20,000 nt of DNA from Paramecium tetraurelia (Eukaryota), in contig CT868662.1 of NCBI GenBank assembly GCA_000165425.1, forward strand, positions 246,897-266,896, read 5' to 3'. Position 1 is the stretch's first letter, and each line of letters starts with the position of its first letter. Position numbers and translations under genes: made by a program. Below are positions 9,495 to 20,000 of the stretch, piece by piece. The notes beneath the pieces are model-generated. The model was not told the DNA's origin. It saw only the letters and a list, made by a program, of their open reading frames with translations, and did no database searches.

Positions 9495-11014
9495 ATGAGT
9501 TTTGTAACCAAAATCAAGAACTAAGCACAAGAAAAATACAATCAAATTATGAAAAAGAAGAATGAATAATATCAAGAAATGGTATTGAACTATCAATATC
9601 GATAAGAATGAAGAAAACAGAGGTCAGGAAAATAAATAGCAAGAAAATAAAATGGATCAAGAAAAAGTAATTGATGAATAGCCAAAAAACGATGACTCTG
9701 CTCCTAACAAACCTGAAGAAAAGCCTAGACAAGGAACCATTTCATATATCAAGACAAATCTAACTGCTGCAGGTGACTACCTAAGTAATAAGGTAGTTGA
9801 GGCCTAGAAGACTGTTACAGTAATCAATTACATATAATATAAATAAGCTTCAATTACAAAAGGTGGATATAAGTGTGAAGTAGGCTATATTGAAATAAAA
9901 ATAAAGCTTCAACAAATGGATAGCCCTTAAAATAGATCAAAGAATCTCGAGATCTCTCAAATAAATGGAAACCAAAATCTCACTCAGTGTTTAAAAGGCT
10001 GTTCCCAGTTCATGTTGCTTTGATTTTGTCAATGATGCAGTTCTAAGTCTATGGACGGATGCAAGCAATCTGATACGTTTCGAATTAAGAGTTAGCATCG
10101 ACGAGCCCATAATAACATTATCTAAAAGGCCAGACAAAATCAGATGGTTAAAGCCCTGGTATCGATTAAGGAATTGGATATTGTATTCCTTATACCCATT
10201 TGATGTCGAGCCTGGAAAACAGTTAAGATCTCCTTCCTTTCTATTTATCAAGCTTTTATAAGTGATACCCTTCTATGGAATCCAAGTCTTCACTTTCCTT
10301 ATAATTTTCTTGGCTATCGACAAGACTGAAGAGTATTAAGTCGTAAATTATATTTTGGATTACAAAAACATTCAATTTTTTACTGCAGGTGTTCTAAATG
10401 CGCTTATTGGATTTTTTAGTTACTTCTATTGTGCAACTCTCAAACCAGCTCACGATTTCATCAATGAAAAAGATCAAGGACTCAAGTTGAATTACTGTTT
10501 TTCTCATGGTCCAGGTGCTGAAAGTCACTTAATTTTATCATAGATCAGTTATTTTACCTAGGTAATTTTGATTTGGTGTGCATTTGCAGTGTTGCATAAA
10601 ACAAAATCAAGGGCAGATTTCATAAGTAATGAAATCAAAAGATAAGAATCCATAAAGAGAGGTGGAAGATTAACTGGGTTTATGATATATGATTTAATCT
10701 GCTTTGTGGGGACATGTTCATTGACTGGATATATCTATTACAATTACTATTATAAGAAGGAGGATACATTCTATATGTTGCCATATGTCGGTAATTTGAT
10801 ATACTTTTCGCACTTGATGTATGGATTTTTGAGTCTGCCTTTTGTGATATTTGTGGTTCCATTTTTTGTTAGGATGTTCACTAGTGCCATTCCAACTGCT
10901 TATGATTAATATGGGAATGTGGTACCATGCATTAATTAGATGAAATTGAATTATGAAGAGTTACCACTGGAATAATAGGATGAGATCGATATTGAGGAGG
11001 CATTGGAGAATTGA
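9495..11014 (+). CDS. Uncharacterised multi-pass membrane protein with charged N-terminal region, ~488 aa
   Basis: Introns 9582-9606 and 9820-9847 give a 1467-nt frame that joins the track ORFs 10355-10543 and 10682-10909. About 5-6 hydrophobic segments. Motifs ILYSLYPFD, IDKTEEYQVVNYIL, CFSHGPG, RGGRL, YGFLSLPF, PTAYDQYG. Confidence 0.85.
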
Positions 11015-11044
11015 TGAGTTATAATAATATTATAATTTTAAATA

Positions 11045-13711
11045 ATGGGAGTTTATAATTTATGGAAGTTATTGGCGGCAGCAGGAAGAAATATAGACAT
11101 AGCATCTTTGAGGGGACTAAGAGTAGCTATTGATGTCAGCATATGGATGATTAAGTTATTGCATGGAATGTCGAATTCAGGAGTCAATTTTGAGAATGTG
11201 CATTTGATTGGTATATTAAAAAGAATTATGTTTCTTTTGGAAAATGGCATTAAACCAGTATTTGTATTTGATGGACCTGCTCCGGAATTGAAGAGACAAA
11301 CCTTAATAAAGAGAGCTCAGTAAAGATAACAATACAATATCAATTTATAAAAATTAGCAGAGAAGTATGTTGTAAAATTAATAGAGAAGGGATATGATAT
11401 AACATAGTAAAATCAAGAGTTGATTGAGGAGATAGTATTTGAAGATGATTCTGATTCTCAATTACCACCAGAAGAACAAGAAATTATAGATTAACAAAAT
11501 CATGAGATACTCAATTTGCAATTTGCTTATTTGAAAGGAACTACTTAAGGATTCCATGATCTGGATTTGTAAACTAAAGAAGAAATCATAGAGTAGTTAA
11601 TCGAGGAGAGACAAGGGTAATATGCAGAGGATCAAAGCATTTCACTCAAGCGATTTTTAATGAATGCAGATTAAAAGGAGAAGATTAAATAAATCAGAAT
11701 TGAAGCTGTAAAGTAAATAGAAACACTTAGGATTGAAAAGATCTTAGAATAATACAATGATAAAGAAAGCGAATTATTGAGAGAGTATTTGAACAAGAAT
11801 GAGGATCTAATCATTAAAATGGGATAATTTGGAGTGAATAACGTGTATGTTTATTTGCAAGATTAAGAAAAAAGATAAGAATTAGTTAAATTGTTATATG
11901 GATAATAAAAGAAACCAAAAAGAAAACTAAAAGATTACGAAATTGAAAATGAACATTTGAAGAATATTAGAGAAGCATTAAAAAGGAGATATAGAGAGAG
12001 GCTTAATGAAGAAGTAGTACCAGAGAATCCAAATTAAGTAGAACACTAGGAAGTCGAAGATTTGATGGATAAATATGATTGTTTTGACTTAGATTTAATT
12101 GAATAGAAAATGGATGAAGAGTATAGACAATTACAATAAATGAAGGAAGATTCTAGTTCCTAATAAATTTAATAGTAATGTTCATTTGATAACTAAGAAA
12201 ATATGTAGAAAGTAGATTAAAGTTAATAAGAATCAAACAAAAACTAACAAGATAATAATTTACCATAAGTGAGCGAGAAAGATGATTCCCATACAAGTGA
12301 TAGTGATAGTGAATCTGAAAGTGATAATGCATTTGTGTAACAAATCCAGTAGAAATAGTTCTAAAATTCATCTTATCATAATAGTAATTCAAAACTTAAT
12401 CAGGAATCAATCAATTCAAATAATTTACCTAAATAGTATTCATTAAAAGAAGATCTTAATAATACTAATAATTTTCTATCCTAAGACCTTCAGTAGTAAT
12501 TCTTAGATCTTAACCCTAAGTAATAACAAGAGATCCAATAGACAAAACCAACTGTTTAATAAAATAATATTCAAAACTCTAATTAGATAATAACTGATGA
12601 ATAAATAGATTAATTATTTACTTAAGCTGACAATAATGGCGAAGAATTGGATGCCTATGAAATGATAGACAACATTCGAAGAAACCAAAATCTCTAATCT
12701 CTTGATTCAGTAACTATGCAATAAAAATTTGAAGATATCAGATAACTTTTAGCATTATTTGGAATCCCATGGATTATAGCTCCTGGTGAAGCTGAAGCTT
12801 AATGTGCATATCTCTAATAGAATGGTTTAGTAGACTGTGTGATTACAGAAGATTCCGACGTTTTTCTGTTTGGAGCCACTAAGGTCCTTAAAGGTTTTTT
12901 TGAATCAAAAACTTCTCTGGTTTATTATGATACTTAAGTAACATAACATAATTTATACATAGTATATAAAAGAAGATTTGGGATTGAATAGAGATTAATT
13001 GATTTATTTGGCTCTCTTTTTGGGAAGTGATTATACCTTAGGAATCAAAGGAGTGGGTATTGTTAATGCTATGGAAATTGTTGAAGTGTTTGACAATGTG
13101 GAGGCATTGAAAAGATTCACATCTTGGGCATCTAAAGCTGATGTGTTATTAGAGAATGCTTCATCTCATTATGAAAATATACCTGAAAAAGAAAGGATTT
13201 ACAAGGAATTTCATAAAAATTATAAAAAATATTGGGAATTACCATCAGATTTTCCTAACATCGAAGTGATTAATGGATATATGAAACCAAGGGTAGATGA
13301 ATCATTGGAATAATTTACTTGGGGGTAACCAGCTGTAGAAAAGATTATTGAATTTTGTTCATAATAGTTAAGATATTCTTAAGAGAGAGTAGAAGAAACC
13401 ATAAGTAACAATTGTCATCTATAATAGAGATTCCTTTTCAGAAGATCATTCAAAAGGAGGATTAGAAAAAGATAACAGACTTCTTTAGAGTAACAAGCAA
13501 AATTGCTATTATTAATAGCAGAAGAATAAATTAGGTTGTACTTAATTTAAACAAGCCTGATTAATCAAGATAAAATGTTTAATAAAAGAAAAAGAGAAAA
13601 TTGTTGGATGAAGTTAAAAGACAACCTGATAAGAGAAGAGATAACTCATTTGATTCTTCGAATATAAATCTAGATTAATTCAAATTCAAAAAATCGCTAA
13701 AAAAATAATGA
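11045..13711 (+). CDS. XPG: XPG/RAD2 structure-specific endonuclease (nucleotide excision repair), ~872 aa
   Basis: XPG-N MGVYNLW...VAIDVSIW...GIKPVFVFDG, long acidic/Q-rich spacer, XPG-I FGIPWIIAPGEAEAQCA...ITEDSDVFLFG, H3TH LGSDYTLGIKGVGIVNAME, PIP-box QKKITDFF (13463-13486). Introns 12938-12962 and 13405-13427. Confidence 0.95.
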
Positions 13712-13746
13712 AAATTATTAATATACACATTAATACTAAAATAATG

Positions 13747-14046
13747 TCATAATGTTTCTCTAACAAACTTCCTTTCCTGCTCTATCTTCTTTCGATAATC
13801 GCCATACATCTGAAATATCACATTCTCTTATTGCATAATTGCTAATTGCTTTATTGATATCAATAAAATAATACTGTGAGTAACACTGCGAATGTAGATA
13901 AGAAATAGAGTTTGAGGAGATTATTTGTTTATTTTTACTTGAGATATTAGAAATATTACTTTCTCATTTAGGAAGGTCTTTCTATTTCTAAATAAAGATG
14001 CTTGCTCGAAGATATTCTTTTATATTGTGACCACTGCACTTCCCAT
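13747..14046 (-). CDS. Small single-pass membrane protein, ~83 aa
   Basis: With introns 13938-13959 and 13849-13874: MGSAVVTIQKNIFEQASLFRNRKTFLNEKQKQTNNLLKLYFLSTFAVLLTQLAIMQQENVIFQMYGDYRKKIEQERKFVRETL*. Fills the gap between XPG and the transporter. Confidence 0.7.
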
Positions 14047-14088
14047 AATTAAATTTATACAATTTATTTAATAATTTGATGATAATGT

Positions 14089-15638
14089 TCAATCATCCAA
14101 ATCCACCTTTCCCAACATGAACATTTAATCAATATCTTTAGGATTCTTGCCCTTCGTCTCTTTTACCTAGAAATAGATATAGATAGTCCTTTTAATCATT
14201 CATTCATAAATTACCCCAACAAACAGAAAACAAAGAATAATCCAAAACTGGTTTGCATTCCTCCATGATTATTGATAAATCCAAAGAATTATGCAACTAT
14301 GGCACAGCCCAACCAATTGCACAGAACAGCAATCGACATTCCCTTCTCATCTAATACATCAGCATCGTAAATCTTAAATATTAGCCATTTCTATTACCCA
14401 CACGACTGGTCCTAAGGATAATTAAAATGCAGCCAAATATAAGAACATAAATATAATCACCATGATCGCTGATGTGGTGACTTCGTAATCGTCTTCACTC
14501 GGCAAAAAGAAAGAAAATAAACTGATAAATCCTAAAAACAATGTACAAGCAGAAGTTCCCAACAACAAAAGTGGTCTTCTTCCAAAGTTGTTTAAAAGCG
14601 GGATAGCAATCATACTAAATACCAAATTAACAAGACCAACTGCTATGTTGAGCCAATTTTTTAATTCATTGTTGCCTCCAGTTATCTAAAAACTTAGTGG
14701 ATTATTACATTAATGAATAAACCAGAAGAATAAATAAGCACTGCATTAATTCCACTAAATTATTGAATAATCTAAAGAGTGCAACCTACAATCAAGCGAC
14801 TTTTATATGAAGCTGAGTCTTGGGTTTTGCTATCCTATGCTTCAGATTGTTTTGCCTCAATTTATTATTTCAATTCATCGAAAATTTAGTCAGCGAATCT
14901 TCGTTTATAGTAATTTCTGATTACTGCTTTGGCCTATGATAATGCTTTCATTTACCGCTTTGTACTAGTTTCTATAAATATAATAGGATGGGGGATTGTC
15001 CTAAAAAGCAAATGCCAAAAAGAAAATCCTTAATGCACAAATGATCATTGGGAATACAACGACAAATCTGAAATAATCAAGACTCTCTCCATCTGCATTA
15101 AAGAACCTCTTTTCAAAATAATTTGTACATTCCCATTATTAAAGCAACCAAACAACCAATATTGATTGTCATCTGAAACATAGCTCCAAATGGTCCTGAC
15201 AAAGATTCAGGAGAAAATTCCTTTATGTATTGAGGCACCAAAGACGAATTCATACCAACTGCATATCCTATCACTAATCTTCCAATCAGTAAAGTTGCGA
15301 GATTCAGGGGCAATTAAAAAAGAAATCCAGCAACACCAATCAAATCAGCAAATAAAAACGATGTTCTCAAACCAAATTAATGTTATATTTTGCCAGATGT
15401 TATAGCTCCCGCTGCTGCTCCCAAAGCAGGAAATGCTAATTAATTATAAATTCACATCAATACCATTTATCAATCCATTTATGAGATCTTTATCATTTGT
15501 AATGCCAAATTGAGTATCTGCCGTCTTAATAGCTGGATTCATGTAGGACACAGAATATCCAAAGAAAAATGCCCCTAAAACTGCATTTGAAATGAGTAAC
15601 GCAAACTATGACGTTGATTTGTGTTATTATTCAGACAT
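14089..15638 (-). CDS. MFS sugar porter (GLUT/hexose transporter family), ~467 aa
   Basis: GAFFFGYSVSYMN, IGRLVIGYAVG...VPQYIKEFSPE, QQFSGINAVLIYS, FGRRPLLL, LGPVVW, CNW, KETKGK. Introns 15436-15463, 15107-15128, 14934-14955, 14686-14708, 14373-14397, 14189-14214. Confidence 0.95.
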
Positions 15639-15677
15639 TAATATTATTGATTTTTATTTTCTATATATAATAAATAA

Positions 15678-16204
15678 ATGATATATCATAAACATTATGG
15701 AAAAAATTTGATAATTATAATCAAACCTGAGTCTAGTCTCCCTTTAAGATTTACTCATCGCAGATATTCTTTGTCGCTAAGTCTATTAACACTCTTTTGA
15801 GCATAATGTCTCCATTTATTAATTCCAAGAATATAATTATCCTCAAAGTTGTTATTTCATCACTTAAACTAAATTTCAAGTCATTCCCATAATCCAGGAG
15901 CAGATATCCTCAATACATATCGATTTAAAATAATGCGAATACTCTAATTTTGTGTTAAGATACAGAAAAATCTTCCTAATTATTTCATTCTATTTTTAGG
16001 TAATCAACAACCGGGTCGAATTATAAAAGGGTATTTTTGATATCTGGTTTCAATAATCCAATTAAAAAGTGATTTAAGTCAAAGAATTTTTAAGGTAAAT
16101 TCTTATAAATTATAATCAAAAAGTAAGGAGTAAAAAAACAGTATCAGGAATCATAATATATATTTCTATCTAGTTTTTTATTTAAATTTATTAATCCACA
16201 AATC
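15678..16204 (+). pseudogene. Disrupted or unresolved ORF (possible pseudogene or IES-interrupted gene)
   Basis: ATG 15697 is followed by TGA at codon 5 (15709-15711). The same frame then stays open (SNLSLVSLQDLLIADILCRQVYQHSFEHN...) to 16245, past the next gene's ATG. No recognised domain. Confidence 0.3.
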
Positions 16205-17665
16205 ATGGGAAACTATTTTAAAACTAAACCTAAAGATAAACTTGACAAAGAAATGATCGAATTTCTTAAATCTCGTAAACTTTAACACATTAACGAAGTA
16301 ATATAATACTAAACTAGGCAATCGATGTTGTAAATACTAAATTTCCATATTCAAAGTATTTAGAGTATAGTGATTATTGCGATGTGTTCAACCCAATATT
16401 AGAAATTTGGACGTAAAATGTATTCTAACTGTTGTCCTCTAACTCTTCTCTAGAAGGATCTAATGATATTTATGAATCATTAGCAGTCTTTGTAACTAAA
16501 TGAATTAACATATAGACTATATTTAGCGACGAAGAGTAAGAACTTAAATTACAGTTCATTTTCCAATTATTTGACACTGATAAGTCAGGTGAAATTGAAA
16601 AGCAAGAGCTAGTGGGTGCCTTAGAAAAATGCATCCGTGGTTTATGTAAATTAGTACATTTACCTGCTCCTTCAATAAAGGATATTGATTTTTATGCAGA
16701 ACGCTTATTTCTAGAATTAGACAGAGATTATAGCTATACAATCTCGTTTAATGAGTTTAAGCTATGGATTATAGGAAATTTTGAATTATAAGACTTTCTT
16801 TTAAAATACGCACTTATTTAAACATATGAAAATGCAACCAGAAGATATAAAGAAAAGAGGATTCTCTATGAAAACTTTTTTATCAATGCAGTTGGAAATG
16901 ACAAATGTGACGTATGCGAATTAGAATTAATTAAACAATTATTTTTGACTGAATTCAATAATTAATAAATAGAAATTCTTGAATTGCTTTTTAATACTTT
17001 ATAGGATTCTTCTAATGCTTACTTAGATAAAAAGAATGACGGATGGATATGCAAATAAGCATATTAAGATGTAATGAATGCTTGGGCTGCTTTTGATGCC
17101 TCTGATATAAACTAAGATAATGAGGTTTCCATGTCAGAGTTGAAATATTTAATATATGCATATGAAGGAGACAAACCAGATTATTATAGATTGCAAACAG
17201 AAATGGAGATTCTAGATATGGATCAATCTGGAAAAATTACAAGAGATGAATGGATTAAGTATCTTTGTGTAAATGAAAAAGGTAAATTTGTTTTTAGAGG
17301 AACACTGCAACATTAATTTAATGAGTATGATAAAGATCACAATGGCATGCTATCGATTAAAGATATCAAGGATTTATTGAAAAATTCAATGAAAGATCTA
17401 AGAACAAGTTTTAAGGTATATAACAATTACATATAATTCAGAAATTAAATTCAGCATTAAATTTTGATGATATGGTTGATGATTTGATAGCGGAAATAGC
17501 TAAATCACTACAAGAAGGAAATTAAGATTAACATTCTTATTAAAATTAACTTTTATTTGTACGTTTATTAAATTTAATTAGCTTTCTTGGAGTTAATTTA
17601 AGTCATTTATGGAAAAAGCAACCCTTAAACAGGATTAACTTCGCTAGTATTTAGCAAAACTTTGA
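16205..17665 (+). CDS. Multi-EF-hand calcium-binding protein with MG N-terminus (possible myristoylation), ~455 aa
   Basis: MGNYFKTK start. KLQFIFQLFDTDKSGEIEKQE (NCS/calcineurin-B-like), plus loops DRDYSYTISFNE, DINQDNEVSMSE, DMDQSGKITRDE, DKDHNGMLSIKD. Introns 16298-16317, 16492-16515, 17416-17441, 17559-17581. Confidence 0.9.
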
Positions 17666-18899
17666 TTTATCATATATTAAAAAATAATGGTTATTCATTC
17701 AATTAATTTAACAGTATTATTAAAAGAAGGATTTTATAAAAGCTATCATTATAGGATTAATCCAAAAATATTAGAACTAGTAAAATCATTATTATAAGAT
17801 AGAAATTACATTCTAATGATCACTGCAAGTTCATTGATTGTGAAGAATTAATCAATATTCTGTTAATTTTTAGTCTATACTTATTGTTACACGTATCCCA
17901 AGAGAATGCCAAGATCTTCGGAAGTTTGCCATTAATCATAAGTTGAATGTTATGAGTAATAAAAATTACTGGTAATCATGATAAATCTGTTTTAAGAGGT
18001 GGTGATGAAATTAAAATTGAAAGATTATTCATATTTTAGAGGATATAAAACTTAAGATTATTAAATACAAGACTTTTTATAACAATATTTATATAGAATA
18101 ATTAAATAGTAATTTTGAAAAGTTCATCCAAATACAGTGGATACTCCACCTAGAAATCGATAAAAAATCAATTTTATGGAGCTAGGAATAAAAGTACCTT
18201 AAGTTATGAAAATTAAAGAATTACTTCAATTTTAGAGTGGACAATCTAATTTATAAAAACTTATATTTCTAATAAATATTAAATTCTAAATATAGTTCAT
18301 TCTGATAAATCAAAAATAAATTATTTGCCGTCGTATTTAATAGGTAATTCTGAGATTAATTTTCATTCAGATAATCATAATATCTATAATTTTGTGGTAC
18401 TAATTACCTCTTATTTGAAATAGGTTACTGTATAATATTTTATTCAACCAAATTTTGAAAAAAATCATAAATTAATAAATGTTGAGAACCTTAATTTATC
18501 TATTGCAAAAGGAAAGAATTCCAAAAGGAGAATGAATAGTATTTCTTCAGTTATTTGGCTTATATTAAAAAAAAATAATGTTGTTGTGTGCTTAAGATAA
18601 CTGAAAAAACAATCTTGGATTTATAATAAATCCTTTCTAAATATCATTTTTGTATTTTATGTATACTAATAATTCACGAAATAATTTAAAATAGCTAAAT
18701 TTAGCTTATATGTTAAAGAATTAGATATTCCTTTAAATTGATATTAGCTTTCTGAGAATTGATAAAGATATTAATTTTTTCATTATTTAATTTAAATATG
18801 CTATTATAAATCAAGTATGTTCTACAATTCAAAATTAGTTTGGCTATTGAATAAAGGATTTATTTCAAGAATTGAATAATTATTTTTTTAATAATAAAT

Positions 18900-20000
18900 A
18901 TGTCAAATTTTGCTTAATTTCTTGAGGACATCAGCGATTTCAAGGAAAGGCCTGTTAAATTAAAATAGATCAAAAAAGTTCTGAAAATAAATGAAAAAAG
19001 TTTTCCGCCTTGCAAAAATATCCTTAACTATTATTTCTAAGAGTTTTCAAAGTAGATGTTTACAATAAAAGTAGACGAACTAACGAAGAACATCGTACTA
19101 AGTGGCATAGAAAAGATAAAATACTATTTGTTTGGACTGTATTGAAATATTTTGAATTAACGAATAAGACTGATCTCAATCCTGTATGTCTTATAAATAG
19201 CATAGTCTGATTAAGATTGGCAATATCTTTCTTCAGTGCTTGGAGTGACAGAATAATTGTTGAATTTAAAATGGATTAGTATGCTTAAAACTAATTTAAA
19301 AATGGCACCTTGGAATACAGAGGAGGACGAAGTTTTACAACAATTGATTACAGATCCAAGTGAAAATAAGAATTGGACTTAGATAACTATTGATTTTAAT
19401 CGAGCAAATCCAACAAAAATAGTTAGGCATGCCAAATAAATCCGAGAAAGATGGAATAATTATTTAAATCCAGACTTAAAAAAGTATTATAATAAAATTA
19501 TTTAGATCTGAATGGGGGTAACCAGAATAATTGTAATTATTATTGCTTGTGCAAGAAATAGGAAAGCGATGGTCTTTGATCTCAAAACGCATTTAGGGAA
19601 GGACTGAAAATTAAGTAAAAAATTAATACAATTCTATGATGAATAATTATAGGAGATAGAACGTATAAATTGAATATAGTATTAGTAATTGGATAATGAA
19701 GATATTGCAATTAATAAACTGTTGGCCAATTTATAAGGAAAAGATTATGAAGGACCAGTACCATTAACTAGTAAGAGAATACGAAAAACGATCAACAACA
19801 ATAATAACATTAACATCAATAATAATAACAATAATAAGGATACTATTTTATATAATAATGATCAGCCTTACATGTAGGTGGAGAATAACATAATACATGA
19901 GATTAAGGAGGAACATCAACAAGAATAATCATAATAGTAATTTTTATAACAATAATCGTAATCATAATTACAATTACAATAATAATAGTAATAATAACAA
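18900..20000 (+). CDS. Myb-family transcription factor with three repeats (R1 divergent), runs off window end
   Basis: KWHRKDKILF...DWQYLSSVL...LKW; PWNTEEDEVL...NWTQI...RHAKQIRERWNNYLNPDLK; EWGQPEQLQL...GKRWSLISKRIQGRTENQVKNQYNS. Introns 19052-19074, 19184-19205, 19484-19505, 19663-19685. Confidence 0.92.
19794..20000 (+). repeat. Coding low-complexity AAT/AAC and TAA/CAA tracts (poly-Asn then poly-Gln) in the Myb gene
   Basis: aacaacaataataac...aataataataacaataat reads as an Asn-rich run; caataataatagtaataataacaa reads as a Gln run under code 6. Confidence 0.8.

Noticed and set aside
9238..10862. Minus-strand track ORFs (9238-9420, 9411-9596, 9547-9732, 9991-10251, 10680-10862)
   Set aside because: Antisense to two well-formed + strand genes, with no motifs.
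11053..12392. Minus-strand ORFs 11053-11250 and 12153-12392
   Set aside because: Antisense to XPG.
15709..15711. Selenocysteine or readthrough at the in-frame TGA
   Set aside because: No redox-motif context and no SECIS-like hairpin seen. Nonsense mutation, retained IES or chance are simpler.
18693..18706. Palindrome agctaaatttagct
   Set aside because: Single short AT-rich dyad with no associated structure, compatible with chance.
880..20000. Functional cluster of growth and cell-cycle genes (MYCBP, APC4, LST8, XPG, Myb)
   Set aside because: Mixed orientations and interspersed unrelated genes, with no shared motif seen. Ordinary gene-dense neighbourhood.

Overview
AT-rich eukaryotic DNA from a ciliate macronuclear genome, most likely Paramecium. 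TAA/TAG read as Gln and TGA is the only stop (code 6), introns are 20-31 nt GTA...AG, and intergenic gaps are often 11-100 bp. The supplied standard-code ORF track is therefore fragmentary and often on the wrong strand. Manual code-6 translation and splicing gives 15 protein genes: poly(A) polymerase (partial), MYCBP-like, APC4, Zn-finger/coiled-coil/MORN protein, divergent PTPLA/HACD-like ER protein, LST8, an orphan protein, a B-box-like/coiled-coil protein, a small 4-TM protein, an uncharacterised multi-pass membrane protein, XPG/RAD2, an 83-aa single-TM protein, an MFS sugar porter, a myristoylation-type multi-EF-hand protein, and a 3-repeat Myb factor (partial). Three stretches remain unresolved (8569-8948, 15639-16204, 17666-18899). 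I saw no rRNA, tRNA, CRISPR, telomere or transposase. I found no clear new multi-gene system. The best leads are one-exon-per-MORN-repeat architecture, a possible catalytically altered HACD, a 28-bp IES-like segment whose removal opens an ORF, and the uncharacterised membrane proteins. Family assignments come from recalled motifs, not database searches.
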